NCBI GenBank assembly: GCA_037134915.1
Contig: JBAXLJ010000005.1
Span: 1 to 39,553, forward strand
Origin: Candidatus Falkowbacteria bacterium
GTDB taxonomy: Bacteria > Patescibacteriota > Patescibacteriia > Patescibacteriales > UBA12465
Reading direction: 5' to 3'
Length of the DNA: 39,553 bases
Shown: one piece after another, positions 18,501 to 26,155 of the stretch
Numbering within the stretch: the stretch's first letter is position 1
How the letters are laid out: each line of letters opens with the position of its first letter
The notes under the pieces: generated by a model
The model's database searches: none
Told to the model about the DNA's origin: nothing
Seen by the model: the letters and a program-made list of their open reading frames with translations, nothing else
Made by a program: the position numbers and the translations under genes

Positions 18501-19499
18501 GAAGAGGAACGTCGTTTATTCTACGTGGCCATTACCAGAGCTAAAGAAGAATTATTTATTACGGGCGCCAAAGATTACGGCGGCGCTCGTGAGAAAAAAC
18601 CATCGGCTTTTATTGCTGAGATGGGACTTAATATTTTTGAAGTAGGCGCTGATGAAAATTTTTCTAATAAATTAGAATTAGTTCGCGACCTTGAAAGACT
18701 GGATCAAAAAGATCCTGAAAAACCAGAAAAATTAGTACTGCCTGATAAATTTTCTTTCTCGCAGTTAGCGGCTTTTTCAACTTGTCCGTTGCAGTATAAG
18801 TTTGCGTTTGTGCTTAAAATTCCGGCACCATCAGATAAAGCTTCTTTAATTTTTGGTCGTGTCTTGCATAATGTTTTGCATGACTTCTTAGAACCACTAG
18901 AATCTAGCGATTTACAAGATTCTTTGTTTGGTAAAAAAGAAGTTAAGTTAGACGAAGAAAAACTTTTGGAATTATATGAAGAACGGTGGCAAGCTGATGG
19001 TTATGGTAGCAAAGAGGAACGCGAAAAATATTATCAGAAAGGAAAAAAGATTTTGAAAACTTTCTGGGCTAATTTAGCCGCCGAAGAGTTTCCTGAAATT
19101 TTATTCTTAGAAAAAAACTTCACCTTTAAAATTGGTGACGGTGTTATTAAAGGTGCTATCGATAGAGTAGATAGATTAACTGACGGCACCTTAGAAATTA
19201 TTGATTATAAAACTGGTAATCCGAAAGAAAAATTAGAATATGCCGATAAGCGCCAGTTAATTTTATATAAAATATTTTTGGAAGAATTTTTAAAGATAAA
19301 AGTTTCTAAATTAAGTTACTATTATTTAGAAGGTACTTATAAAACTTCTTTTGAGGCTAAAGATAAGGATGTTGAAAAATTAAGATTAGAGGTTTTAGAA
19401 GAGATTGCGGAAATTAAAAAAGGTAATTTTCCTCCTAACCCAAGCGAGCTTTGTAAATATTGTGACTTCCGTGATATCTGTCAGTGGCGTTATAAATAA
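15528..19499 (+). CDS. UvrD/PcrA-type SF1 helicase fused to a C-terminal PD-(D/E)XK Fe-S (AddB/Cas4-like) nuclease; interrupted by an intein
   Basis: Q-motif/Walker A (LNSRQKEAV...VAGAGTGKTT), motif II (VDEFQDTN), a split motif III (VVGDDDQ / SIYKFRGA), and motifs V-VI (TVHAAKGLEFKYVF, EEERRLFYVAITRAKE). The nuclease domain has CPLQYKF, IDRVDR, EIIDYKTG and CKYCDFRDIC. ATG 15528 is preferred over GTG 15513. Confidence 0.92.
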   Translation: MQKLNSRQKEAVTHESGPLLIVAGAGTGKTTVLINRLAHLVLDKGLSTEEILLLTFTEKSASELEARADTLLPYGYVDLWIHTFHGFCERILREHALDIGLAADFKLISATEQWILIKKNLARFDLDYYKPLGNPTKFISELLRHFSRLKDEDVSALDYLETASKNIDEDELEVKRLKELATAYQTYNELLLENNFLDFGDLIVFTLKLFKTRPNILSAYQKQFKHIMVDEFQDTNWAQYELIKMLALPSNNLTVVGDDDQCLSGDALISTRGKSKKIKDIKIGDEVTTAVGKGYLSYSPVEYINKTKKKCRLITFKLKSGKKITVTDNHKLFAFTPRISIKKYYYVYLMFKQELGWRMGMTNDLATRLRLERGADSIMPVGCFDSLEEARFNEELLSLRYGIPISCFMERDGIMDKKIWSERLYKELKVDDGVRLLSQDKNLDLNYPPYILQGVKCGGKSRIIIGLEMCCRSYRSKYDKNGFLDHPQIFHSLSLETSDAKVIAKLKKLNLSVTAAKKGKRVRITSTDLAYLGAVAKKIQHEVGGFIEVKMNIATNKEKYLKSLVIPAKNIFPGMSLPVMSDKGLVYEEIISRSEKEKIETVYDLEIARTHNFIADGIAVHNSIYKFRGASISNIMQFKDDYKDAKELVLVDNYRSRQEILDYSYEFIKHNNPNRLEEKLHIDKQLKSGANFETKEAAAVRYLQFNRGEEEVGFVSSQIADLYQQKKGQWLDFAILVRANDTADAYVKELTRLGIPNQFVSLKGLYFKDIILDCLAYLRLLDNYHESSALFRVLNMPNFKVSHLDIITINKFAKHKVWSLFEALKNISAIPNVSETGRNNIDKLLELLDKHSKLVADSEPSKIFLRFAYDSGLVASYDFDRDQEIFSYLNQFYQKIKKFEDTLPASRLNDFMQLMDLELEAGEVGALRLDFSDNDTVKIMTVHAAKGLEFKYVFLVNIVDKKFPTISRSEKISIPDNLVKEKIVSSKDAHIEEERRLFYVAITRAKEELFITGAKDYGGAREKKPSAFIAEMGLNIFEVGADENFSNKLELVRDLERLDQKDPEKPEKLVLPDKFSFSQLAAFSTCPLQYKFAFVLKIPAPSDKASLIFGRVLHNVLHDFLEPLESSDLQDSLFGKKEVKLDEEKLLELYEERWQADGYGSKEEREKYYQKGKKILKTFWANLAAEEFPEILFLEKNFTFKIGDGVIKGAIDRVDRLTDGTLEIIDYKTGNPKEKLEYADKRQLILYKIFLEEFLKIKVSKLSYYYLEGTYKTSFEAKDKDVEKLRLEVLEEIAEIKKGNFPPNPSELCKYCDFRDICQWRYK
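16311..17393 (+). mobile_element. Intein (361 aa) inserted in helicase motif III
   Basis: The conserved VGDDDQSIYxFRGA motif is split. The insert begins CLSGDALI (block A, Cys1), has VTDNHKLF (block B, TxxH), and ends ETVYDLEIARTHNFIADGIAVHN (blocks F/G, terminal His-Asn) followed by Ser+1. It is in frame and 1083 nt long. Confidence 0.9.
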
Positions 19500-19503
19500 T
19501 TAT

Positions 19504-20166
19504 ATGAATTTATCCTGGTTTAAAATTCGTTATTTCTTTTACATGGCTATTCTTGGCTTATGGTTTATTTGGTTTGCTAACATCAAGGTGATGTCTGGCG
19601 CTAGTTATATTGCGATTGATTGTGATAAAGATATTAGTAATTATCCAATAGGGATTGTTTTAGGAGCCAGAGTGGTTGGCGCTAAGGTAATTGACGGTGT
19701 TTATGCCGATAGATTACAAACCGGAGTTAATCTTTATAATAAAAAGAAGATTACTAAAATTTTAGTTTCCGGCGATCATGGTCAAGTAAATTATGATGAA
19801 GTAAATGCCGGTAAAAAGTATTTATTAGATCACGGTGTGTCGGCTAATGACATTTTTTTAGATCACGCTGGATTTGATACTTACGATTCTATTTACCGAG
19901 CTAAAAATATTTTTAAGGTAGATCGAGCCCTAGTTATTACTCAAGACTTTCATTTGCCTCGCGCTCTATATTTTAGCCACGAACTAAATATTGATGCTCT
20001 GGGCTGTTCAGCTGATCTACACCAATACACCGAGATAAATAAAATGAAACAACGGGAAATTTTAGCCAGGGTTAAAGCTTGGCTGAGTATTGCTTTTGCG
20101 GTTAATCCTCGATATGCTGGAGAAACTTATGATATTAGCGGCGACGGTGAACAAACTTGGGACTAA
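19504..20166 (+). CDS. SanA/YdcF-like DUF218 membrane-anchored protein
   Basis: N-terminal TM helix (FFYMAILGLWFIWFA), then ILVSGDHG..YDEVNAGKKYL...IFLDHAGFDTYDSIYRAK...ALVITQDFHLPRALY, typical of the SanA/DUF218 family. ATG 19504 lies 5 nt after the helicase stop; the track start at 19405 would overlap the helicase. Confidence 0.75.
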   Translation: MNLSWFKIRYFFYMAILGLWFIWFANIKVMSGASYIAIDCDKDISNYPIGIVLGARVVGAKVIDGVYADRLQTGVNLYNKKKITKILVSGDHGQVNYDEVNAGKKYLLDHGVSANDIFLDHAGFDTYDSIYRAKNIFKVDRALVITQDFHLPRALYFSHELNIDALGCSADLHQYTEINKMKQREILARVKAWLSIAFAVNPRYAGETYDISGDGEQTWD

Positions 20167-20184
20167 GTCGCTACTTATAATTTT

Positions 20185-21192
20185 ATGGAAAAAGAAAAAA
20201 GAATCATTGATCCAAAAGGACAGGGCGACGAAGAGTCTTTTGATTTTTCTCTGCGCCCTAAAACTTTGAGCGAATATATCGGACAGAACAAGGTTAAGTC
20301 TAACTTGGAGATTGCTATTTCGGCTGCCAAGAAAAGACAAGAGCCAATTGAACACGTCTTGCTCTATGGTGCTCCTGGTTTAGGAAAAACTACTTTAGCC
20401 CACGTTATTGCCAATGAAATCGGTGCGCATATTAAAGTCACTTCCGGACCGGCGATTGAAAAAAGTGGTGATTTAGCGGCCATCCTTTCTAATTTAGAAG
20501 AGGGCGATCTTTTATTTATTGATGAAATTCATAGATTAAATAAAAATATTGAAGAGATTTTATATCCCGCTATGGAAGATTTTGCCTTAGATATTATTAT
20601 GGGCAAGGGGCCGAGCGCTCGAACTCTGCGCTTAGATTTGCCTCACTTTACGATTATTGGCGCCACGACGATGGCTAGTTTGCTCTCGGCGCCACTGCGC
20701 GATCGTTTTGGGCATATTCATCATTTGGATTTTTACGAACTCGAAGACATTGAGCGCATTATTAGGCGTAGCGCTAAATTATTAAACATCGAATTGGATT
20801 CCAAGGCTGCCACTTTAATTGCTAGCCGCTCTAGAAAAACACCAAGAATTGCTAATCGTCTGCTTAAACGAGTGCGTGATTATTGCCAAGTTAAAGGTGA
20901 TGGCTATATTGATCTAAAGGTTTGTGAAGAGGCATTTAAAATGATGGAAGTAGATGATTTAGGTTTAGACCATGTTGATCGAAAATTACTCATAACTATT
21001 ATTAAGAAATTTAAAGGCGGCCCCGTCGGACTTAATACTTTATCGGCGGCTACTGGTGAAGATATTGACACAATTCTTAACGTTTACGAGCCATATCTGT
21101 TGCAACTTGGTTTTTTAGATCGTTCGCCACGCGGCCGTTTAGTTACGGAAACCGCTTATAAGCACTTAGGTTTAGATTTTGTAGCTAAATAA
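20185..21192 (+). CDS. ruvB: Holliday junction branch-migration helicase RuvB
   Basis: [12 protein letters not shown], Walker [14 protein letters not shown], Walker [10 protein letters not shown], sensor region TIIGATT and RDRFG. Confidence 0.96.
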   Translation: MEKEKRIIDPKGQGDEESFDFSLRPKTLSEYIGQNKVKSNLEIAISAAKKRQEPIEHVLLYGAPGLGKTTLAHVIANEIGAHIKVTSGPAIEKSGDLAAILSNLEEGDLLFIDEIHRLNKNIEEILYPAMEDFALDIIMGKGPSARTLRLDLPHFTIIGATTMASLLSAPLRDRFGHIHHLDFYELEDIERIIRRSAKLLNIELDSKAATLIASRSRKTPRIANRLLKRVRDYCQVKGDGYIDLKVCEEAFKMMEVDDLGLDHVDRKLLITIIKKFKGGPVGLNTLSAATGEDIDTILNVYEPYLLQLGFLDRSPRGRLVTETAYKHLGLDFVAK

Positions 21193-21202
21193 TTCTTGAG
21201 TT

Positions 21203-22240
21203 ATGAAATATAAATTAAGTGACTTTGATTATAATTTACCTTCAGAGCTTATTGCTCAACAACCAGTTAAGCCACGTGATTTAGCTCGTCTTTTGATAGT
21301 TGATAAAGAGACTAAAAAATTGGAGCATAAAAAATTTAGCGACTTGGCAGACTATTTAAAGAAGGATGATATTCTAGTAGTTAATAATTCCAAAGTTTTT
21401 CCCGCTCGCTTATTCGGTCATAAAAAAAAGACTGGGGGTGCCGTGGAAATTTTTTTGCATAAAAAAATTAGTGATAGTGAGTGGGAATGCTTATTAGGCG
21501 GAAGAATAAAAGTGGGCACGGTGATTGAGTTAGCACCTAACTTTGAAGCAGTGACTTTAGAAAACAATCAAGATGGCACTTGGCTAGTGAAATTTAATAA
21601 AACTGGTTCAGATTTTTTTTCACAGATATCTCGGATTGGCCATTTGCCTTTGCCACCCTATATTAAAAGACTCAAAGATCAAAAAGAAGATAAAAGAAAT
21701 TATCAAACAATCTATGCTAGTTCGGAAAAAATTGGTTCCGTGGCGGCGCCGACAGCCGGTTTGCATTTTACGCCGCGTCTAATTAAAAAATTACAGTCTC
21801 AAGGGGTTGTTATTGAAAATGTTACTTTGCACGTCGGGCTAGGAACTTTTTCGCCAGTCAAAACCGAGAATATTTTAAATCATAAAATGCATGCTGAGTA
21901 CGCTGAGATTGATCGGGCAACTATTTCCAGACTTAAAAAAGCTAAAATAGCCGGCCGGAGAATTATTGCTGTCGGTACCACTAGTGCTCGTACTTTAGAA
22001 TCTTGGGGGCAGGACGGTGAGCCAGATGAATTTTCCAAATGGACCGATATTTTTATCTACCCAGGTTACCATTTTGAAGTGGTGAGTGGCTTAATTACTA
22101 ATTTTCATCTGCCCAAATCCACTTTACTAATGCTAGTTTCTGCTTTAGCAGGTAAAAAACTTACGGAAGAGGCTTACCGGACGGCTGTAGCCTTAAATTA
22201 TCGCTTTTTTTCTTATGGTGACGCCATGTTCATTGTCTAA
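21203..22240 (+). CDS. queA: S-adenosylmethionine:tRNA ribosyltransferase-isomerase
   Basis: LSDFDYNLPSELIAQQP, LPLPPYIKR, YQTIYA...GSVAAPTAGLHFT, AVGTTSARTLES and NFHLPKSTLLMLVSA. Confidence 0.95.
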   Translation: MKYKLSDFDYNLPSELIAQQPVKPRDLARLLIVDKETKKLEHKKFSDLADYLKKDDILVVNNSKVFPARLFGHKKKTGGAVEIFLHKKISDSEWECLLGGRIKVGTVIELAPNFEAVTLENNQDGTWLVKFNKTGSDFFSQISRIGHLPLPPYIKRLKDQKEDKRNYQTIYASSEKIGSVAAPTAGLHFTPRLIKKLQSQGVVIENVTLHVGLGTFSPVKTENILNHKMHAEYAEIDRATISRLKKAKIAGRRIIAVGTTSARTLESWGQDGEPDEFSKWTDIFIYPGYHFEVVSGLITNFHLPKSTLLMLVSALAGKKLTEEAYRTAVALNYRFFSYGDAMFIV

Positions 22241-22284
22241 GATTAGTGAAAAAAAATTCAAAATTAGTTGTTAAATCGGGGCAT

Positions 22285-22313
22285 TTGCTTTTTTTTATTT
22301 TTGATGTTAGAAT
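22285..22313 (+). promoter_or_regulatory. Candidate promoter: TTGCTT-N17-TAGAAT with a TGn extended -10
   Basis: TTGCTT at 22285-22290, a 17-nt spacer ending in tgt, and TAGAAT at 22308-22313. It lies about 100 nt upstream of lepB in a 171-nt intergenic gap. Confidence 0.4.
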
Positions 22314-22411
22314 AGACAAAAGTTTTATTGATTTATTATCTTAAATTGAATAAAATTTTGCCTAAGATGTTAATCTATTTTAGGTTTTAGCGATCATTTT
22401 TAATTTTTGTT

Positions 22412-22978
22412 ATGTTTAAAAAAATATTTTTGTTCTTAAGGGAACTTATTAAGCTAGCGGCTATTGCTTTGGTGATTATCGTTCCGGTCCGCTATTTTTT
22501 AATTCAGCCTTTTTATGTTAAAGGCACTTCAATGGAACCAAATTTTCATAATTATGAATATTTGATTATTGATGAACTGAGCTATCGTTTTCACGCCCCT
22601 CAAAGAGGAGAGATTGTAGTTTTTCGCTACCCGCGTGATCCCCAAGAGCATTTTATTAAAAGGATAATTGGTTTGCCAGGAGAAAGCGTTCAAATTAAAA
22701 ATGGCGGAGTGTACATTTATAACAGTGAACACCCCGAAGGCTTTCTTCTAAAAGAAACCTATTTGAAACCAGGCGATGTTACTATCGCTAATAACGAAAA
22801 CGAAATCACTTTAAAATCAGATGAATATTTTGTTCTTGGGGATAATCGAAATGCTTCCCAGGATTCTCGTTTCTTTGGAGCGGTTAATAAGAGTTTTATT
22901 ACCGGCAGAGTCTGGTTACGTGGTTTACCAATTAGCGAGGCCAAAGTTTTTACGAACAATAATTTACCAAAATACTAA
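22412..22978 (+). CDS. lepB: Signal peptidase I
   Basis: N-terminal TM anchor, catalytic Ser box GTSMEPN, Lys box KRIIGLPGE and GDNRNASQDSR. Confidence 0.93.
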   Translation: MFKKIFLFLRELIKLAAIALVIIVPVRYFLIQPFYVKGTSMEPNFHNYEYLIIDELSYRFHAPQRGEIVVFRYPRDPQEHFIKRIIGLPGESVQIKNGGVYIYNSEHPEGFLLKETYLKPGDVTIANNENEITLKSDEYFVLGDNRNASQDSRFFGAVNKSFITGRVWLRGLPISEAKVFTNNNLPKY

Positions 22979-22983
22979 TCAAT

Positions 22984-24354
22984 ATGCCAAAGCAAAAAAT
23001 TGCCACTAGTTCGACTAAAGAGTCGGTCTCGGCTAAAAAAATAGAGAAGAAAAGTGCTAAAGCAATTGGCCGTCTTTTAGGTTTAAAGGATTATGTAGGC
23101 GCTGATTTCTTAAGTTGGGATTTAGCGATGACTAAGGCCTGGGAACTGGCTCGAATTTTTGGTTTTTCGCCGCTAAGAACTCCAATTATTGAAGATTTTA
23201 GCCTTTACAAGAAGTCAACGAGAAAAAATTCAGAAAAGGAATTCTATTTTGTTGATTTTGAAAGAGGCGAAAAAGCAGTCTTACGTCCTGAACTTACTCA
23301 GGGAATGATTCGCTCTTATTTAGAAAATAAGATGGAAGAACTTCCTCAACCGATTCGTTTATTTTCTGTTGGCCCAGTTTTTCGCCAGGAAAAAATGGCT
23401 AGCGGCCGTTATCGCGAATCTAATCAGTTTGACTTAGAGATTATTGGTGAGAAGAAGCCGATGGCTGAAGCGGTTTTAATAAATAGCGCTTATCGCTTTT
23501 TTAAAGAATTACAAATTAATGTTCAGGTACAAATAAATAGTTTAGGTGATACGGAAACCAGAAAAGAATATAATAGCAAACTAGCCTCTTTTTATAAGGA
23601 GCGTGGACGTCGGTCAAAGTTATGTAACCACTGTAAGAAAAATTTGCTTAAGAGTCCTTTGTCTTTGCTTGATTGCCGGGAAGATTCTTGTGTTAAAATC
23701 CGAGAAGGCGCCCCGCAAATCGCTGATTATTTATCAGCGGCTAGCCGCGAACATTTTGGTAAAGTTTTAGAATACTTAGACGAACTTAATATTCCTTATA
23801 ACTTTAATTCCTATTTAGTTCGTGGTTTAAGTTATTATAATGATACCGTTTTTGAATTTTGGCCCGTGGGCGAAGACGGCGTGGCTAATGGTAAATTAGC
23901 TTTAGCTGGCGGCGGACGTTGCGACTTATTAGTTGAAAGTCTGGGTGGCAAACCAACTCCTGGAGTCGGTTTAGCAATTGGTATGGAGCGAGCCATGATG
24001 AAGCTTAAGGAAAAAAACTCTTTTGCTGTTTATCCGGATGAAGAGGAGTTAATTTACGTGGCGCAAATTGGAGAACAAGCTAAAACTAAAGCTTTGTTAT
24101 TGTTTGAGGATTTAAGATCCTCAGGTTTTAATGTTCGTCAATCTTTTTCAGTTGATAGTCTTCGTTCTCAAATTGAAGAAGCGGGTCGCTTAAAAGCTAA
24201 AATAACTTTAGTTCTGGGCAAGAAAGAGGTTATGGATGAAACGATTTTAATGAGAGATATGGAGTCAGGTGTCCAGGAAATTGTGGCTCAAAAAAAGATT
24301 AAAGAAAAATTAAATAAGAAAATAATTAGAAAGGTAGGTGTTATTTATGGCTGA
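22984..24354 (+). CDS. hisS: Histidine--tRNA ligase
   Basis: Class II motifs: LRPELTQGMIR, FRQEKMASGRYRESNQFDLEIIG, the His-specific GGGRCDLL, and a C-terminal anticodon-binding domain. About 30 aa of basic N-terminal extension make the exact start uncertain. Confidence 0.9.
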   Translation: MPKQKIATSSTKESVSAKKIEKKSAKAIGRLLGLKDYVGADFLSWDLAMTKAWELARIFGFSPLRTPIIEDFSLYKKSTRKNSEKEFYFVDFERGEKAVLRPELTQGMIRSYLENKMEELPQPIRLFSVGPVFRQEKMASGRYRESNQFDLEIIGEKKPMAEAVLINSAYRFFKELQINVQVQINSLGDTETRKEYNSKLASFYKERGRRSKLCNHCKKNLLKSPLSLLDCREDSCVKIREGAPQIADYLSAASREHFGKVLEYLDELNIPYNFNSYLVRGLSYYNDTVFEFWPVGEDGVANGKLALAGGGRCDLLVESLGGKPTPGVGLAIGMERAMMKLKEKNSFAVYPDEEELIYVAQIGEQAKTKALLLFEDLRSSGFNVRQSFSVDSLRSQIEEAGRLKAKITLVLGKKEVMDETILMRDMESGVQEIVAQKKIKEKLNKKIIRKVGVIYG

Positions 24355-24580
24355 TTTTAAAAGAAAAACTGGAGAGAGTTTTGAGAGTTTCTTAAGAAAA
24401 TTTAAGAAAGCTTTGAAGAACGGTAAACGTCTTGAAAAAGCTCGCGAGAAACAACACTTAGTTCCTAAAAAAACTAAGCGTCAACAAAAAAAGTACGCCC
24501 TCACCAGCTTAAAACTTAAAAAAGAAAAAGACTTCTTACGTAAAACTGGTAAGTTACCAGAAGAAGAAATGAGAAGATAG
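24347..24580 (+). CDS. rpsU: 30S ribosomal protein S21
   Basis: Small, very basic protein (ESFESFLRKFKKALKNGKRLEKAREKQHLVPKKTKRQQKK) with the S21 pattern. ATG 24347 is preceded by aaggtagg (SD-like) and overlaps the hisS stop by 8 nt. Confidence 0.8.
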   Translation: MADFKRKTGESFESFLRKFKKALKNGKRLEKAREKQHLVPKKTKRQQKKYALTSLKLKKEKDFLRKTGKLPEEEMRR

Positions 24581-24584
24581 TTTT

Positions 24585-24620
24585 AAAAAAAGAACTCCGT
24601 TAATTCGGAGTTCTTTTTTT
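24585..24620. terminator. Bidirectional rho-independent terminator between rpsU (+) and rel (-)
   Basis: A 9-bp stem agaactccg/cggagttct with loop ttaatt, flanked by A7 and T7 runs. Confidence 0.85.
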
Positions 24621-26085
24621 ATTTTTTGATTCCTGGGATAAAACGTTTGATATTTTCGAGCGTTGATTTTTTGGCGTATTGTTTGATATGATCTCTGGCT
24701 CTTTTAGTTTTAGCAAATTTAATCCAGTCCTTGCTGGGGTGTTGTCGTCCTTTTTCGATCACAATTTCTACCAGGTCACCATTTTTAAGCTCTTGGTCTA
24801 AACGTCCTTGTCGATCATTAATAATCGCCCCTGAGGCGTGATTGCCGACATTACTATGGATAGCGTAGGCAAAATCAATTGGCGTTGACCCCTCAGGGAG
24901 TTCAAAAACATCTCCTTTGGGTGAAAATACAAATATTCGGTCACGAAAAACGTTGAGTTGAACATTTTTAATAAACTCTGAAGTGTTGGTAATTTCTTTT
25001 TGAACATCGGCAATTTCTTGTAGCCATTTCGGTTGTTTGTCAAACTCTTTGTTACTCTGAGCCTTGTAGTACCAATGAGCTGCCAAACCGTAAACGGATT
25101 CTTCCTGCATTTCCTGAGTTCTGATTTGAAATTCCACCGCCTTGCCTTCGGGTCCAAAAACCGTGGTGTGCAGCGATTGATAACCATTGGGTTTGGGTAC
25201 GGCGATATAGTCTTTAAAACGATTAGGTTTAGGTTTCCAAATAGTATGAATGATGCCCAGGACTTTGTAGCAGTCATTAATATTTTCCACAATTAAGCGC
25301 AACGCAAAAACGTCATAAATTTCGTCAAAACGGCGATTTTTATTTTGCATTTTTTTCCAAATACTGTAGAGATGTTTAAAGCGAACCTCAATTTCATATT
25401 TTACTTTTCCTTCTTCAAGTCGCGGCGCCATGATATTTCTGACTTTTTGAAAAAACAAATTTCGTTCGGCTTTTTTTTCAACCTCATATTCTTGTTCTAA
25501 GGTATCGAACTCCTCGGGGTAAAGAAATTTAAAACACAAATCTTCCATTTGCCATTTAAGACGCCAAATTCCCAACATACCAGCAATCGGGGCATATATT
25601 TCCAGGGTTTCTTTGGCGATGCGACGCCTCTTTTCCTCTGGTAATGATTCGAGAGTTCTAAGGTTATGTAAACGATCGCAAAATTTAATAAAGACAATCC
25701 GAATATCGCTGGTCATAGCCAAAAACATCTTTTTAATATTTTCTCTATAGCGTTCGATGCCGCGATACTTTAATTTTCCTAATTTGGTAACACCGCGAAC
25801 TAAACTAGCAACTTCTTCACCGAAATTCTTTTCTACATCTTCAATAGAGTATTCGGTATCCTCGGGAACGTCATGAAGTAAGCCGGCGGTTACCGTGGCT
25901 AAGTCGGCTTTCATTTCGGTTAGCAAATAGGCGGTGTGCAGAGGGTGATTAATATAAGGTTCACCATTTTTTCTAAATTGTTCTTTATGAGCTTCGTTAG
26001 CAAAATCATAAGCCAACCACAAAATTTCCGCATCGATTTGAGGATGATTTTCTTTAAACTTTTTGACGATGCGATCGATGGTCAT
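24619..26085 (-). CDS. rel: RelA/SpoT-family bifunctional (p)ppGpp synthetase/hydrolase, short form (HD + synthetase + TGS, no C-terminal ACT/RRM region)
   Basis: HD hydrolase motifs (HPLHTAYLL, LLHDVPEDT), synthetase motifs (RFKHLYSIWKKM, DVFALRLIV, YQSLHTTV, EFQIRT) and TGS (IFVFSPKGDVFELPEGSTPIDFAYAIHSNVG). The protein ends about 50 aa after TGS, at 488 aa. Confidence 0.9.
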   Translation of the reverse strand: MTIDRIVKKFKENHPQIDAEILWLAYDFANEAHKEQFRKNGEPYINHPLHTAYLLTEMKADLATVTAGLLHDVPEDTEYSIEDVEKNFGEEVASLVRGVTKLGKLKYRGIERYRENIKKMFLAMTSDIRIVFIKFCDRLHNLRTLESLPEEKRRRIAKETLEIYAPIAGMLGIWRLKWQMEDLCFKFLYPEEFDTLEQEYEVEKKAERNLFFQKVRNIMAPRLEEGKVKYEIEVRFKHLYSIWKKMQNKNRRFDEIYDVFALRLIVENINDCYKVLGIIHTIWKPKPNRFKDYIAVPKPNGYQSLHTTVFGPEGKAVEFQIRTQEMQEESVYGLAAHWYYKAQSNKEFDKQPKWLQEIADVQKEITNTSEFIKNVQLNVFRDRIFVFSPKGDVFELPEGSTPIDFAYAIHSNVGNHASGAIINDRQGRLDQELKNGDLVEIVIEKGRQHPSKDWIKFAKTKRARDHIKQYAKKSTLENIKRFIPGIKK

Positions 26086-26109
26086 AGCTTTTTCTTTTTT
26101 ATATTTTTC

Positions 26110-26118
26110 TGTTATAAT
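26110..26118 (+). promoter_or_regulatory. Extended -10 element TGTTATAAT upstream of the giant surface-protein locus
   Basis: tgt+tataat at 26110-26118, 38 nt upstream of ATG 26156. There is no convincing -35, and the background is AT-rich. Confidence 0.3.
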
Positions 26119-26155
26119 TATTATAACATAGTCAGTTAATTATTATAAATAAAAG

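Noticed and set aside
19405-19503. Track start (19405) for the SanA/DUF218 ORF
   Set aside because: It overlaps the conserved Cys-cluster end of the helicase-nuclease by 95 nt. ATG 19504, 5 nt after the helicase stop, begins directly with the TM anchor.
20062-20355. 97-aa minus-strand ORF spanning the SanA/ruvB junction
   Set aside because: It is antisense to two well-supported plus-strand genes, including the conserved RuvB N-terminus, with no motifs. It looks like a chance open frame.
24352-24354. Alternative genetic code (UGA recoded, as in some CPR lineages such as Gracilibacteria/Absconditabacteria)
   Set aside because: TGA terminates hisS at about the expected protein length. All homology-supported genes translate full-length with the standard code, and Trp is encoded by TGG throughout.
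24798-25292. 164-aa minus-strand ORF, plus other short ORFs at 25033..25296, 25497..25697 and 25936..26139
   Set aside because: All are nested in alternative frames or antisense to the well-supported rel gene, and none has a recognisable motif.
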